Source: Clostridiales bacterium (GTDB lineage Bacteria; Bacillota; Clostridia; Saccharofermentanales; Saccharofermentanaceae). From it: 39,857 nucleotides of DNA. Positions 1 to 8,896 of this stretch are shown in pieces (the first letter of the stretch is position 1; every line of letters starts with the position of its first letter). The position numbers were made by a program, and so were the translations under genes. The notes below the pieces were generated by a model. It was not told where the DNA came from. It worked only from the letters and a program-made list of their open reading frames with translations, and did not search any database. The stretch covers positions 1 through 39,857 of the forward strand of contig JAFWDK010000013.1 of assembly GCA_017513085.1 (NCBI GenBank), in the 5' to 3' direction.

Positions 1-72
<72 letters not shown>

Positions 73-90
73 GTAAATCGAACATGAGAA

Positions 91-119
91 ATGTTATCAT
101 TTTTTACTCTTTTGGTCAA
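91..119 (-). promoter_or_regulatory. sigma70/sigmaA promoter for tRNA-Leu
   Basis: Minus strand TTGACC (119-114), 17-bp spacer, TAACAT (96-91) with TGn extension, 18 bp upstream of the tRNA. Confidence 0.65.
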
Positions 120-213
120 TGCGGAAGGTCAGCGCAGGCGCGACAGCCCGAGACTCGACAAACAAAGGACTCGAACTTACCAAGCGTCAACGCTGAGACA
201 CCTGGGCGCAAGG

Positions 214-248
214 ACACCAAGGCACCAAGGCACCAAGACACCGGACAC
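214..248. repeat. short imperfect tandem repeat (CACCAAGG)n, about 4 copies
   Basis: acaccaagg caccaagg caccaaga caccggac in a GC-rich intergenic stretch. Confidence 0.6.
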
Positions 249-306
249 ACTGGTGCGCCGCGACGCCGCGCCGGTTCTCACTTAGCCCCTACAAGAACTT
301 GAACCT

Positions 307-945
307 TTACTTCTTCCCTGTTATATAGTAGACGGCGAGCGCGGTGCGGTGGGACAACCCTTCTTTGGCCAGAATGGAAGTGATATAGTTCTTGACCGTT
401 CCTTCAGAGATAAACAGCTTATTGGCGATTTCCTTGTTGGAAAGACCATCGGCGACAGCCCGGACGATCTCAAGTTCCCGCTCGGTGTAGCCGCTCTCAT
501 CAAAACCTTTACCCGGTTGCGTGGCCGTGACAGTACTTCGGCTGATGGATTCAAGGATATTCGCTTCCATTACACCGGTACCGTTATAGACAGACTTGAT
601 CATCTGCTTAAGATGCTCCGGGGTATGGTTTTTGATCAGGTAGCCCTTCGCACCATTGCGCAAAGCCTGGCGCACCAGATCGTCATCGTCAAAAGTCGTA
701 AGGATCAAAACCTTGCCCAGATCTTTTTGCACGATTTCCGCGGTAGCCTCGATACCATCCATGACCGGCATCTGAATATCCATGAGGAACACATCCGGCT
801 TGTTCTTCTCCGCGATATCGATCGCCTCACGACCGTTTCTCGCACAACCCAGCACCTCAAACTCGTCATCCACATCCAGGATGATCTTCATGCCATCCCT
901 GACAAAATCACTATCATCGGCAATGATCACTTTAATCTTTTCCAT
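307..945 (-). CDS. NarL/LuxR-family response regulator
   Basis: REC domain (IADD, DVFLMDIQMP, LTTFDDD, GYLIK) plus LuxR HTH (TERELEIVRAVADGLSNKEIA...EGTVKNY). Confidence 0.95.
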   Translation of the reverse strand: MEKIKVIIADDSDFVRDGMKIILDVDDEFEVLGCARNGREAIDIAEKNKPDVFLMDIQMPVMDGIEATAEIVQKDLGKVLILTTFDDDDLVRQALRNGAKGYLIKNHTPEHLKQMIKSVYNGTGVMEANILESISRSTVTATQPGKGFDESGYTERELEIVRAVADGLSNKEIANKLFISEGTVKNYITSILAKEGLSHRTALAVYYITGKK

Positions 946-2101
946 TTGTCTCTCCTCCCGTAATCCCCTGAGATTTCAGCGGAAGTAACATTGTTACACA
1001 AAAGCCGGCAGTGCTTTCGAAGCTGATCGTGCCGTTACAGGCGCGCACGCGCTGACGCATACCGGAGATGCCCATGCCGTCTTCGATCTTCGAGCAACCC
1101 ACGCCGTCATCCAAGATGGTGATGCGCACCCGCTGGTTCATGACCAGGAGCCGGATATCGATACGGCTGCACCGTGCGTACTTCATGGAATTGGATACCG
1201 CTTCAAAAGCATTGTCCAGGATCACTTCCCAGATCGCATCCGAGATTCCGGACATCTCCCCTTCCGTGACGAGCTCCGTCTGCACGCCTTTTTGGTTGCA
1301 GTCCTCACATAGCTTATAAAGCTGAAGCAAAGCGAGCTGCTTCTTTTCCGGCCGGTCCTTGCGAAGGATCCCTCGGATCTCATCCATACCGCCGCGGAGC
1401 TGATCGATCACGGCTTGGATGATCGTACCGGATTTTTCCGGATCTTTGGTAAGCAGTACTTTGGCCGCTTCGAGCTGGTACACAGAGCCGTTGATGTTGT
1501 GGCCGAGTTTATCGTGGAGCGTCTGCGACAAAGACGCGCGCTCTTCGAGGATCTGGTTTTCCGCCATGATCATGCTCTTCCGCTGCTCGAGTTTGGCCGA
1601 GTATTCTTTCTGCTGCATATCGCGCTTGAGTTTTTGCTCCGTAATGGTATCTTCCAGCATCTGTTTCTGATAGGACCGGATCATCGAGTTATGCTGGATA
1701 TATATGATCGAAGTCAGGATCAAAGCCAGGATCCGTGTGCCCATCGCAAGCGTGGACGGGATCACGATGCAAAGCCAAGGAAGCATGAACGCTCTCGGAT
1801 CAATGTTGTCAAACAGAGTGAGGAAATCGTATATGACAAGAAAACCGAGAAATACAAAGGCAGTCTCGCCCAACGCGTAAAGCCCCGCGCTAAAGCCCAA
1901 AGCTGCCAACAGGAAGAAGATCCGGTATTTCTTGGCAACAACAGAAAAAATCACCATCGACGAGAGATAGAGCGAAACAAGCAGTAGTACCCATACCGGT
2001 ACTACTGCTTTGCTATCTCTTTCGACAAACCCGAATGCGCCGAATGTGACCATCAGGATAAGCCGTACAAGCACAAAATAGTGATTCTTAAAGCGTTCCA
2101 A
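932..2101 (-). CDS. membrane sensor histidine kinase (HisKA_3/NarX-type)
   Basis: About 5 N-terminal TM helices; H-box ERASLSQTLHDKLGH; N-box EAVSNSMKYA; DDGVG and GMGISGMRQR G-boxes; overlaps the response regulator start. Confidence 0.92.
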   Translation of the reverse strand: MERFKNHYFVLVRLILMVTFGAFGFVERDSKAVVPVWVLLLVSLYLSSMVIFSVVAKKYRIFFLLAALGFSAGLYALGETAFVFLGFLVIYDFLTLFDNIDPRAFMLPWLCIVIPSTLAMGTRILALILTSIIYIQHNSMIRSYQKQMLEDTITEQKLKRDMQQKEYSAKLEQRKSMIMAENQILEERASLSQTLHDKLGHNINGSVYQLEAAKVLLTKDPEKSGTIIQAVIDQLRGGMDEIRGILRKDRPEKKQLALLQLYKLCEDCNQKGVQTELVTEGEMSGISDAIWEVILDNAFEAVSNSMKYARCSRIDIRLLVMNQRVRITILDDGVGCSKIEDGMGISGMRQRVRACNGTISFESTAGFCVTMLLPLKSQGITGGETNGKD

Positions 2102-2104
2102 GAG

Positions 2105-3361
2105 TTACTCCTCACCGTTTCGAAGTTTGATCCCGACACTGCCGATACTCAGCATTACGATCAGGTAGGCTGCTACTACACATAATAGCATGAGGTAGAC
2201 TTTTTTGTCACCGACATAGATCATCTCCGTGGCTTCCAGGAACCATGTCTGCGGCATGATCGAAGAAATTGCTTTAACGATCTTGGTACTGTCATCCAAC
2301 GGGAAATAGGTGCCGGCCAGAAGTGAGGACATACTCCAGACTGTAAATGCACAGATATTTGCGTTGCCTATGTTTCCCATAAGGACACCGAGGATCAGGC
2401 TGAGTGTGCTGAAGATCACGCCCTGCAGGAACATGAGTCCGAGGAACGTAAATCTGTTCATGCCGAAACTATCCACAGATCCGAAGCTCGAGAAGAGGCC
2501 CAGCATAACCGTCATCGCCAAAGCGGAGAGAACACTGACGACGAATTTCGCGCCGAAATAGCGGATAGACGGAAGGCCGGTAAGACGGATCCTTGTAAGG
2601 ACCTTGTCCTTCTCTTCTTTAATGATCGTATGCGCGATAAAGATACCGCCGAAAACATATCCGAGTGTCATGATGGCAAACCCGTATCCGACCCGGGCTT
2701 TTTGCTCTTCCTGTTCGAAATTGAGCGACCGCTTTCCTTTACCGGAAAGGAGCTTGATCTCCTTCTTTGGAAGAGACTCATCTCTCTTTTTCAGGAATTC
2801 ACCGACCTTATCCACGCCCACCTGCTTCTGAGCCTGCTCGATCTCTTTAACGATCGCTTTCACTTCCGACTCGAAAAGCTCATAACGCGAATCCTCGGAC
2901 ATAACATACAAGGTCAACGCATCCAGTGCTTTTCCCTCAGAAATCAGCAAATCGAAATCCTTCGTCAGGTACATCGCGGCGCCCATGCGGTCATCCTCGC
3001 AATCGCATTTGATCTGCGCATCCACGCTTGCCCTGTCAATATCCGGAGTCTTCGCCCTTGCGACGAAGAACAGACCGCTTTGTGCGAGGCGGTTGAGCAT
3101 ATACTCGCTGGCAGAGGAGCCGGCCGCGTCGAATACCTTGATGACAAAAGCACCATCCGAGTTATAGTAGGCTACCCGTTCTGTGATGGATGTCTGTTCC
3201 ATGATCTCTCTTTGCAGATCGTAGGAATGCGAGCCCATATTGATGGAACTGTTCCAATTGAGAAAGATCAGGCTGGAAAGCGCCGGAACGACGACCAGGA
3301 AAAACCAGAATCCTTTATTGCGTAGCAGAAGTTTTAAACTGGAGCGAATCATTGTAATCAT
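2105..3361 (-). CDS. ABC-2 type exporter permease
   Basis: N-terminal TM, large extracellular domain, C-terminal TM bundle with IIKEEKDKVLTRIRLT and AGTYFP motifs. Confidence 0.85.
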   Translation of the reverse strand: MITMIRSSLKLLLRNKGFWFFLVVVPALSSLIFLNWNSSINMGSHSYDLQREIMEQTSITERVAYYNSDGAFVIKVFDAAGSSASEYMLNRLAQSGLFFVARAKTPDIDRASVDAQIKCDCEDDRMGAAMYLTKDFDLLISEGKALDALTLYVMSEDSRYELFESEVKAIVKEIEQAQKQVGVDKVGEFLKKRDESLPKKEIKLLSGKGKRSLNFEQEEQKARVGYGFAIMTLGYVFGGIFIAHTIIKEEKDKVLTRIRLTGLPSIRYFGAKFVVSVLSALAMTVMLGLFSSFGSVDSFGMNRFTFLGLMFLQGVIFSTLSLILGVLMGNIGNANICAFTVWSMSSLLAGTYFPLDDSTKIVKAISSIMPQTWFLEATEMIYVGDKKVYLMLLCVVAAYLIVMLSIGSVGIKLRNGEE

Positions 3362-4443
3362 GCTCTTCCCCTCCTTCTAAGATTGTTGACCCCTACGCAC
3401 AGGAGCAGGCAGAAGACTGTGATGCCTCCGCAATAAAGAAGCGCGCTGGGAATGAATTTCGTACTGCCCGCTGCCGAATACTCGATCACGGCACGATTAC
3501 AGTGATAGATCGGCGAGAGCATTTTCAGTGTTTTGGAATGACTGGAAAACATATATGTTTCAAAAGAACCTCCGAAGAAGCCCATCACCCAGACCAGTGC
3601 GAACAGGGAGATGATCGTGACCAGTATGTTGTCGGTGAGACTGTGGATGGCAAGGCCCAGAGCGATCGCGGCAGCGATCATGGCCAGCAGGAGGCCTGCG
3701 ATCACGAGTGCATTGCCGAAGTGCACGCCGAACAATACGGAGGACAGGATGCAAGCGATCCCGATACCTAAGAATACGCTCAATGTCGTCGGAATGAATT
3801 TAGCGAAAGTGACCTGTGTTTCTGAAAGCCCGGAGACGATGAACCTTTTCCCGATCCCGATTTTCTTTTCGCTGGAAAGAAGAGTCCATGCGACCAGGAT
3901 GCCGCACCAGGCAAAGTAAAGGAGAAATGCGATGCCGTAGTAATCTTTCGAGTCGACGGCTTTCGTGAACTCCGGGTGCTCCACAGACAAGGCGATCTTC
4001 GCCGCACTTGCCGCTCCGGCAGGCGCCGCCGCTGCCTGTTCGAAGAACACGGAGAAAAAGTACTCCAGCGTCATGCCTTTTACTTTTTCATCTTCTGTGC
4101 GGTAGATCCGGTATCCGGTATCCGAAATGGTGACGAATCCGCCCAGATCCTCGTTTCGGATCGTCTGTTCCGGATCCGCGTTCTGGTATTTCACCAGAAC
4201 GATCCCCGCCTTATCCGCACTCTCGATCATGATACTCTCCGCAGTTTCCCACTTACTTCCCTGCTCGATGGAAAAGCCGGCCTTGAACGAGTCCACTTTT
4301 TCATATTTGGCCAGTAACGTGGAAAAAGCACTGATCAATACTGCTGAGACAAGAAGCGGGCAAAGGATCAGCAGGAAGACATTCACCCAGTTTCTCGCCA
4401 TTAGCTTGAAGTTGTTTTTTATCAAATAACGAATCATTTTCAT
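3358..4443 (-). CDS. ABC-2 type exporter permease
   Basis: Same topology; SSEKKIGIGKRFIVSG, FFGGSF and LSPIYH motifs; ATGA overlap with the next gene. Confidence 0.85.
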   Translation of the reverse strand: MKMIRYLIKNNFKLMARNWVNVFLLILCPLLVSAVLISAFSTLLAKYEKVDSFKAGFSIEQGSKWETAESIMIESADKAGIVLVKYQNADPEQTIRNEDLGGFVTISDTGYRIYRTEDEKVKGMTLEYFFSVFFEQAAAAPAGAASAAKIALSVEHPEFTKAVDSKDYYGIAFLLYFAWCGILVAWTLLSSEKKIGIGKRFIVSGLSETQVTFAKFIPTTLSVFLGIGIACILSSVLFGVHFGNALVIAGLLLAMIAAAIALGLAIHSLTDNILVTIISLFALVWVMGFFGGSFETYMFSSHSKTLKMLSPIYHCNRAVIEYSAAGSTKFIPSALLYCGGITVFCLLLCVGVNNLRRRGRA

Positions 4444-4485
4444 GCCTCATTTTTATCTGCTTTTTTCTGGTTTTTCTGCGAATAC

Positions 4486-5238
4486 TCACACGTCTCTCAG
4501 TTTCTTGCCGGTCAACGTCAGGAAAACTTCTTCGAGCGAGATCTTGGACGTATCGTCGACGACCAATTTCTTCAGTTCTTCGGATGTTCCGATCGCAATG
4601 ATCTTTCCATTGTCCATGATCGCGATCCTAGTGCAGATCGCTTCCACTTCTTCCATATAATGTGAAGTATAGATGATCGTCGTGCCATTCTTATTCGATT
4701 TCTTGATGCGCTCAAGTATGAAGTTTCTCGACTGCGGATCGATGCCGACTGTCGGCTCATCGAAGATCAGAAGGTCCGGATGGTGTCCGATCGCACATGC
4801 GATGTTCAGTCTTCTTTTCATGCCTCCCGAAAAGCTCTTGGCGTAGTCATTCTTTCGATCCAGAAGCCCTACATACTCGAGTGACTCGTCGATCCGTTTT
4901 TTCAGTTCCGCGCCTTTGATGCCGTAAAGCGAGGTGAACATCTCCACATTTTCCCAGGCTTTCAGGTTTCCGTGGATCGCCAGATCCTGTGGGATATACC
5001 CCAGTTTCTTACTCAGTTCGCGACTGTTCTTGCGGAAGTCCTTCTCCATGAATTCGACATGTCCCAGAGTCGGCCGGATAATATTGCAGATCATGTTCAT
5101 CGTGGTAGACTTTCCGGCGCCGTTCGGTCCGAGAAGGCCGAAGATCTCTCCTTTTCGGATCTCAATGTTGAGATTATCCACGACCACTTTATTCCCGTAC
5201 TTTTTCGTCAGGTCTGTAAGTTTAAGAATCGTTTCCAT
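4486..5238 (-). CDS. ABC exporter ATP-binding protein (DrrA/LnrL-like)
   Basis: Walker A GPNGAGKST, signature FSGGMKRR, Walker B LLIFDEPTVGIDPQSR, H-loop TSHYMEE. Confidence 0.95.
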   Translation of the reverse strand: METILKLTDLTKKYGNKVVVDNLNIEIRKGEIFGLLGPNGAGKSTTMNMICNIIRPTLGHVEFMEKDFRKNSRELSKKLGYIPQDLAIHGNLKAWENVEMFTSLYGIKGAELKKRIDESLEYVGLLDRKNDYAKSFSGGMKRRLNIACAIGHHPDLLIFDEPTVGIDPQSRNFILERIKKSNKNGTTIIYTSHYMEEVEAICTRIAIMDNGKIIAIGTSEELKKLVVDDTSKISLEEVFLTLTGKKLRDV

Positions 5239-5301
5239 ACTTTTTCTCCATGCATTGTTTTCTTTTGGTTTTTGTGTTTTTCTGTGTTTTTATCTGATAC
5301 C

Positions 5302-5392
5302 AGAATATCAATCCTTCTTCAACCTAAGAAGTGAAAAAAGACAGGTTTTCATACATGACTTTCGTCACATCCTTGGTCATGACCTTCGAAAA
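5302..5392 (-). promoter_or_regulatory. promoter of ABC/TCS operon 1 with putative response-regulator operator
   Basis: Extended -10 TGaTATTCT (5310-5302); palindrome ATGAC-TTTC-GTCAC at 5355-5368; weaker copies at 5331 and 5379 (24-bp spacing). Confidence 0.6.
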
Positions 5393-5488
5393 AAATGTTT
5401 GGACAAATGTTAAAAAAGCGGTTGTCGGAAAAGCGCGAAAAGATTTATCATGGAAGTAGATTCCAAATATAAAACAAGGAGGGTATTT

Positions 5489-6916
5489 ATGGAAAAGTTC
5501 TTTAAATTGAAAAAGAACGGCACAACTGTCCGCACAGAGATCATTGCAGGACTGACGACTTTCATGACGATGGCCTATATCATCGCCTTGAACCCGAATC
5601 TCCTTACCGGCTTCGGTGCGGAGGGACAAGATCTCTGGAACGGCGTCTTTCTGGCGACCTGTATCGCATCGGCGATCGGTACTTTTGCCATGGCATTCTT
5701 GGCAAACAAGCCTTTTGTTATGGCACCGGGCATGGGTCTGAACAGTTTCTTCGCCGTCGTAGTCGGCAACATCGCTGCGATGACCGGCATGACCTACCTG
5801 GAAAGCTTCCAGAGCGCACTGGTCATCATCTTCATCGAGGGTATTGTTTTCATTATCCTTTCGGTCCTCAACATCCGTGAGAAGATCGTACAGGCGATCC
5901 CGCTCGGCGTACGTCTCGGTATCGGTCCGGCGATCGGTCTGATGCTCATGAACATCGGATTCGGTTCCAATGTCAGCCTCTATTCCGAAAAAGGCGGACC
6001 TTTCTACGGCATGCGTGATTTCTTCGGCGCACTTACAGCTAAGTTCGCAAAAGATACCATGGGCGATGAAGGCTACAAGATGATGGTCCTTTCCGTTGCA
6101 ACGATGCTCATCGGTCTTTTCGTGATCATCGCGCTGACACACAAGAAAGTAAAAGGCGCAGTGCTTTACGGAATGTTTTGCGCATCGATCATCTACTGGG
6201 CTTCCGAAGCGATCTTCTTCAGCACCAACCCTTTTGCCAGCCTGAAGAATGCATCCTTCGTTCCACCGTTCAAGGATATGGTGAACACCACATTGTTCAA
6301 GCTCAACTTCAAGGGTTTCATGGAAATCGGATACTTCACGATCGTTACCTTGATCATTACATTCTGCATTATCGACATGTTCGATACCATCGGTACACTC
6401 GTCGGTACTGCTTCCCGTGCCAAGATGCTGGATGAAAAGGGCAACATGCCGAACATGAAGCAGGCTCTCCTTTCTGACGCGATCGGTACAGTTGCAGGTT
6501 CTGTAACAGGTACCTCCACAGTTACGACTTTCGTAGAGTCTGCTTCCGGCGTGGAGGCAGGCGGCCGTACAGGTCTTACTGCGATCACCGCAGGCATCAT
6601 GTTCCTGCTTTGCATGTTTATCGCTCCGGTAGCTGCAATCATTCCGGCGCCGGCGACATCTTCCGCACTGATTTATGTTGGTATCCTGATGTTCGGTAAC
6701 CTTAAGGATATCGATTTCTCGGATATTTCCCAGCTGGCTCCTGTAGCCATCATGGTACTGGCTATGCCGATCTCCGGATCCATTGGACACGGTATCGGTC
6801 TTGCCCTGATCAGCTATACTGTCATCAAGATTTGCACCGGAAAGGTCAAGGACGTATCTTTCCTCACTGCACTTCTCAGCGTGATCTTCCTCGTGAAGTT
6901 CTTCGTACCGATCTGA
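5489..6916 (+). CDS. NCS2-family (AzgA/PbuG-like) guanine/hypoxanthine/adenine permease
   Basis: RBS AGGAGG before ATG 5489; motifs RTEIIAGLTTFMTMAYI, APGMGLNSFF, DMFDTIGTL, ESASGVEAGGRTGLTA. Confidence 0.93.
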   Translation: MEKFFKLKKNGTTVRTEIIAGLTTFMTMAYIIALNPNLLTGFGAEGQDLWNGVFLATCIASAIGTFAMAFLANKPFVMAPGMGLNSFFAVVVGNIAAMTGMTYLESFQSALVIIFIEGIVFIILSVLNIREKIVQAIPLGVRLGIGPAIGLMLMNIGFGSNVSLYSEKGGPFYGMRDFFGALTAKFAKDTMGDEGYKMMVLSVATMLIGLFVIIALTHKKVKGAVLYGMFCASIIYWASEAIFFSTNPFASLKNASFVPPFKDMVNTTLFKLNFKGFMEIGYFTIVTLIITFCIIDMFDTIGTLVGTASRAKMLDEKGNMPNMKQALLSDAIGTVAGSVTGTSTVTTFVESASGVEAGGRTGLTAITAGIMFLLCMFIAPVAAIIPAPATSSALIYVGILMFGNLKDIDFSDISQLAPVAIMVLAMPISGSIGHGIGLALISYTVIKICTGKVKDVSFLTALLSVIFLVKFFVPI

Positions 6917-6957
6917 CAGGAGAATCATAGACTTAATATATTAAGGGTGTCTTGATA

Positions 6958-7003
6958 TAAAGTGCCCCCCAAGGTTGGACAAGAACTTTAGGGGGGCGCT
7001 TCA
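6958..7003. mobile_element. 46-bp IS3/IS150-end-like hairpin element (degenerate MITE-like copy)
   Basis: TAAAGTGCCCCCCAAGGTT-GGACAAG-AACTTTAGGGGGGCGCTTCA; same architecture as 36910-36956; no clear target duplication. Confidence 0.55.
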
Positions 7004-7107
7004 TTTTGCTACGAGGCGCACCCTCCTTTCTTCAATAACTACTGACCTGGGGCGCGGGACATATGACCCGCATGAGCGCTTGGCAAGATCTCTCATGATC
7101 CTGACAT

Positions 7108-7140
7108 AAAAAAACCGTCTCAAAAACTGAGACGGTCTTT
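7108..7140 (-). terminator. intrinsic terminator, possibly bidirectional
   Basis: ACCGTCTCA-aaaac-TGAGACGGT with an A7 tract on the left, between convergent genes. Confidence 0.8.
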
Positions 7141-7179
7141 CGTTTCTAACTCTTTCAAGTTCGGATCGGAAATTCTCTA

Positions 7180-7842
7180 TTAGTCCAGAAGAGCTTCCAT
7201 ATCCTGGAGTTTCGCATCAAACATAAGATCCAGATACTCGGTGTAGAGATCTGCCTTCGGAGTACCAACGTAAGCCGCAACAGTAAGGACCTTACCATCC
7301 AGCTTCATATATACACCGGTAGCCATTTCATAGTCATTATCAGAGATGACCAGAAGCGTGTATGCTGTGTCAGAATCTTCACCTACGCCATACTCGATAT
7401 CAGATTCCTTAGCCTTCTTCTTGAGGCTCTTCTCATCCTGATGCAGGCTCTCGTACAATTCATCAAATGCATCGCCGGCCAGGTCTTTATCAGAGAACTC
7501 ATATACCTCAGTAATAGCATAAGAATCATCTTCAGACTTTACGAAAATAAACGCATTCTTGATGTCGCCCTCTTCGACGCACTTCAGACCGAATGTGGAA
7601 TTCTTTGCTTCATCAGAAGTAAGAGTATAATAGCATCCATCATTAAAGACAGAATCTGCAGGTTCAAAACCACTAGACATCATTTCTTTCTTCTGCTTCT
7701 TAGAAGCTTCTTCCGCGCTACAATCATTGGAAGCTGCCTTCTGAATCTTAGAAGAGATAGATTTGAACTTTCCACCACCGGCACAACCAGTCATACCCAG
7801 AACGCAAACCGCAGCCATTACAGTTGCCATAACTTTTTTCAT
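7180..7842 (-). CDS. lipoprotein of unknown function
   Basis: RBS AGGAGGTG; MKKVMATVMAAVCVLGMTG-C lipobox; acidic/Lys-rich mature region. Confidence 0.85.
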   Translation of the reverse strand: MKKVMATVMAAVCVLGMTGCAGGGKFKSISSKIQKAASNDCSAEEASKKQKKEMMSSGFEPADSVFNDGCYYTLTSDEAKNSTFGLKCVEEGDIKNAFIFVKSEDDSYAITEVYEFSDKDLAGDAFDELYESLHQDEKSLKKKAKESDIEYGVGEDSDTAYTLLVISDNDYEMATGVYMKLDGKVLTVAAYVGTPKADLYTEYLDLMFDAKLQDMEALLD

Positions 7843-8046
7843 TTCCTTCACCTCCTAGTGATATGAGTGTATTATAACATACAGGCAGGCTTTTTCTACC
7901 ACTTCATTTGCGGGAATCTTTACAATCTCTTAGTAAATCCACCGATTTAATGTATTAGAATTTAGTATTAGAATAGAAAAAACACAGAATGACCCGTTCA
8001 AACGTAAAAAATCGCATGAGACGGAACAAAGGAGTTTATAGTTTAT

Positions 8047-8838
8047 ATGTCTGAAAATACAAAAAATAACGAGAACGGCGCACAGCCTTTCGAAGAATTT
8101 GAATATTCACTAAGCACGTATCAAGAGGACTTCGTCCGTGAAAACCTCATGTCCGACGCATTCTTGGACTTTGTCGAGACCAACACCAAACCGATCGACC
8201 TGCTCTTCGCCTATTACCGTTGCGCGATCATGGAAGTCGAGACCAAGTTCCGCGTACTCGACGAAGAGCTCTCCACCGAGCTGGAAAGAAATCCGATCGA
8301 GTCCATCAAGACAAGAGTCAAATCCGTGGACAGCCTTCTCCGCAAGATGCGCAGGAAGAACATTCCCCTGAATCTTGCCGCCATCGAAGAAAACATCAAC
8401 GACATTGCCGGCGTACGCGTCATCTGCTCGTTTCCCGACGACATCTACGAACTGGCCGAATCCCTACTGGCCCAGGATGACATCACGCTTATTGCCAGAA
8501 AAGACTACATCAAAGATCCTAAGCCGAGCGGCTACAGAAGCCTCCACCTGATCGTGGAAGTTCCGATCTTCCTGAAAAACGAGAAGCGCAACATGAAGGT
8601 CGAAGTGCAGTTCCGTACCATCGCCATGGATTTCTGGGCGAGCCTGGAGCACAAGCTTCACTACAAGCACGACCTCCCTCCGGAGCGGGCAAAAGCACTT
8701 GCCGATGAACTTCGTGATTGTGCCGAGCAGATCGAGCTTCTGGATCAGCGGATGCAGGCCGTTAAGAACGAGATCCATACTTATAACGAAGAAAACCCCA
8801 AGGACGATGTTTTCCCGGGGTTCCCTCTTCTGGGTTGA
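8047..8838 (+). CDS. small alarmone (p)ppGpp synthetase, RelP/RelQ (YwaC/YjbM) family
   Basis: RBS AAGGAG; motifs RVKS, DIAGVRVIC, RKDYI, GYRSLHLIV, VEVQFRTIAMDFWASLEH; no hydrolase or TGS/ACT domains. Confidence 0.92.
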   Translation: MSENTKNNENGAQPFEEFEYSLSTYQEDFVRENLMSDAFLDFVETNTKPIDLLFAYYRCAIMEVETKFRVLDEELSTELERNPIESIKTRVKSVDSLLRKMRRKNIPLNLAAIEENINDIAGVRVICSFPDDIYELAESLLAQDDITLIARKDYIKDPKPSGYRSLHLIVEVPIFLKNEKRNMKVEVQFRTIAMDFWASLEHKLHYKHDLPPERAKALADELRDCAEQIELLDQRMQAVKNEIHTYNEENPKDDVFPGFPLLG

Positions 8839-8896
8839 TTCACTTTTTTCCGAAGCGCGCTTATAAGAGCAAGCACAGAGGAACGAAAACCGTATA

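Noticed and set aside
84-302. 72-aa and 64-aa ORFs over the CACCAAGG repeat
   Set aside because: They have no RBS, overlap the tRNA promoter, and their low-complexity translation is explained by the DNA repeat.
5390-5488. Purine riboswitch upstream of the NCS2 permease
   Set aside because: No purine aptamer consensus (TATAAT...ATATGG...GTTTCTACC) and no leader terminator are visible; the leader is too short.
5324-6928. 534-aa antisense ORF and other long overlapping ORFs (e.g. 9365-10513, 12348-13178, 38073-39017)
   Set aside because: These are shadow frames opposite well-supported genes, with no RBS or recognisable motifs.
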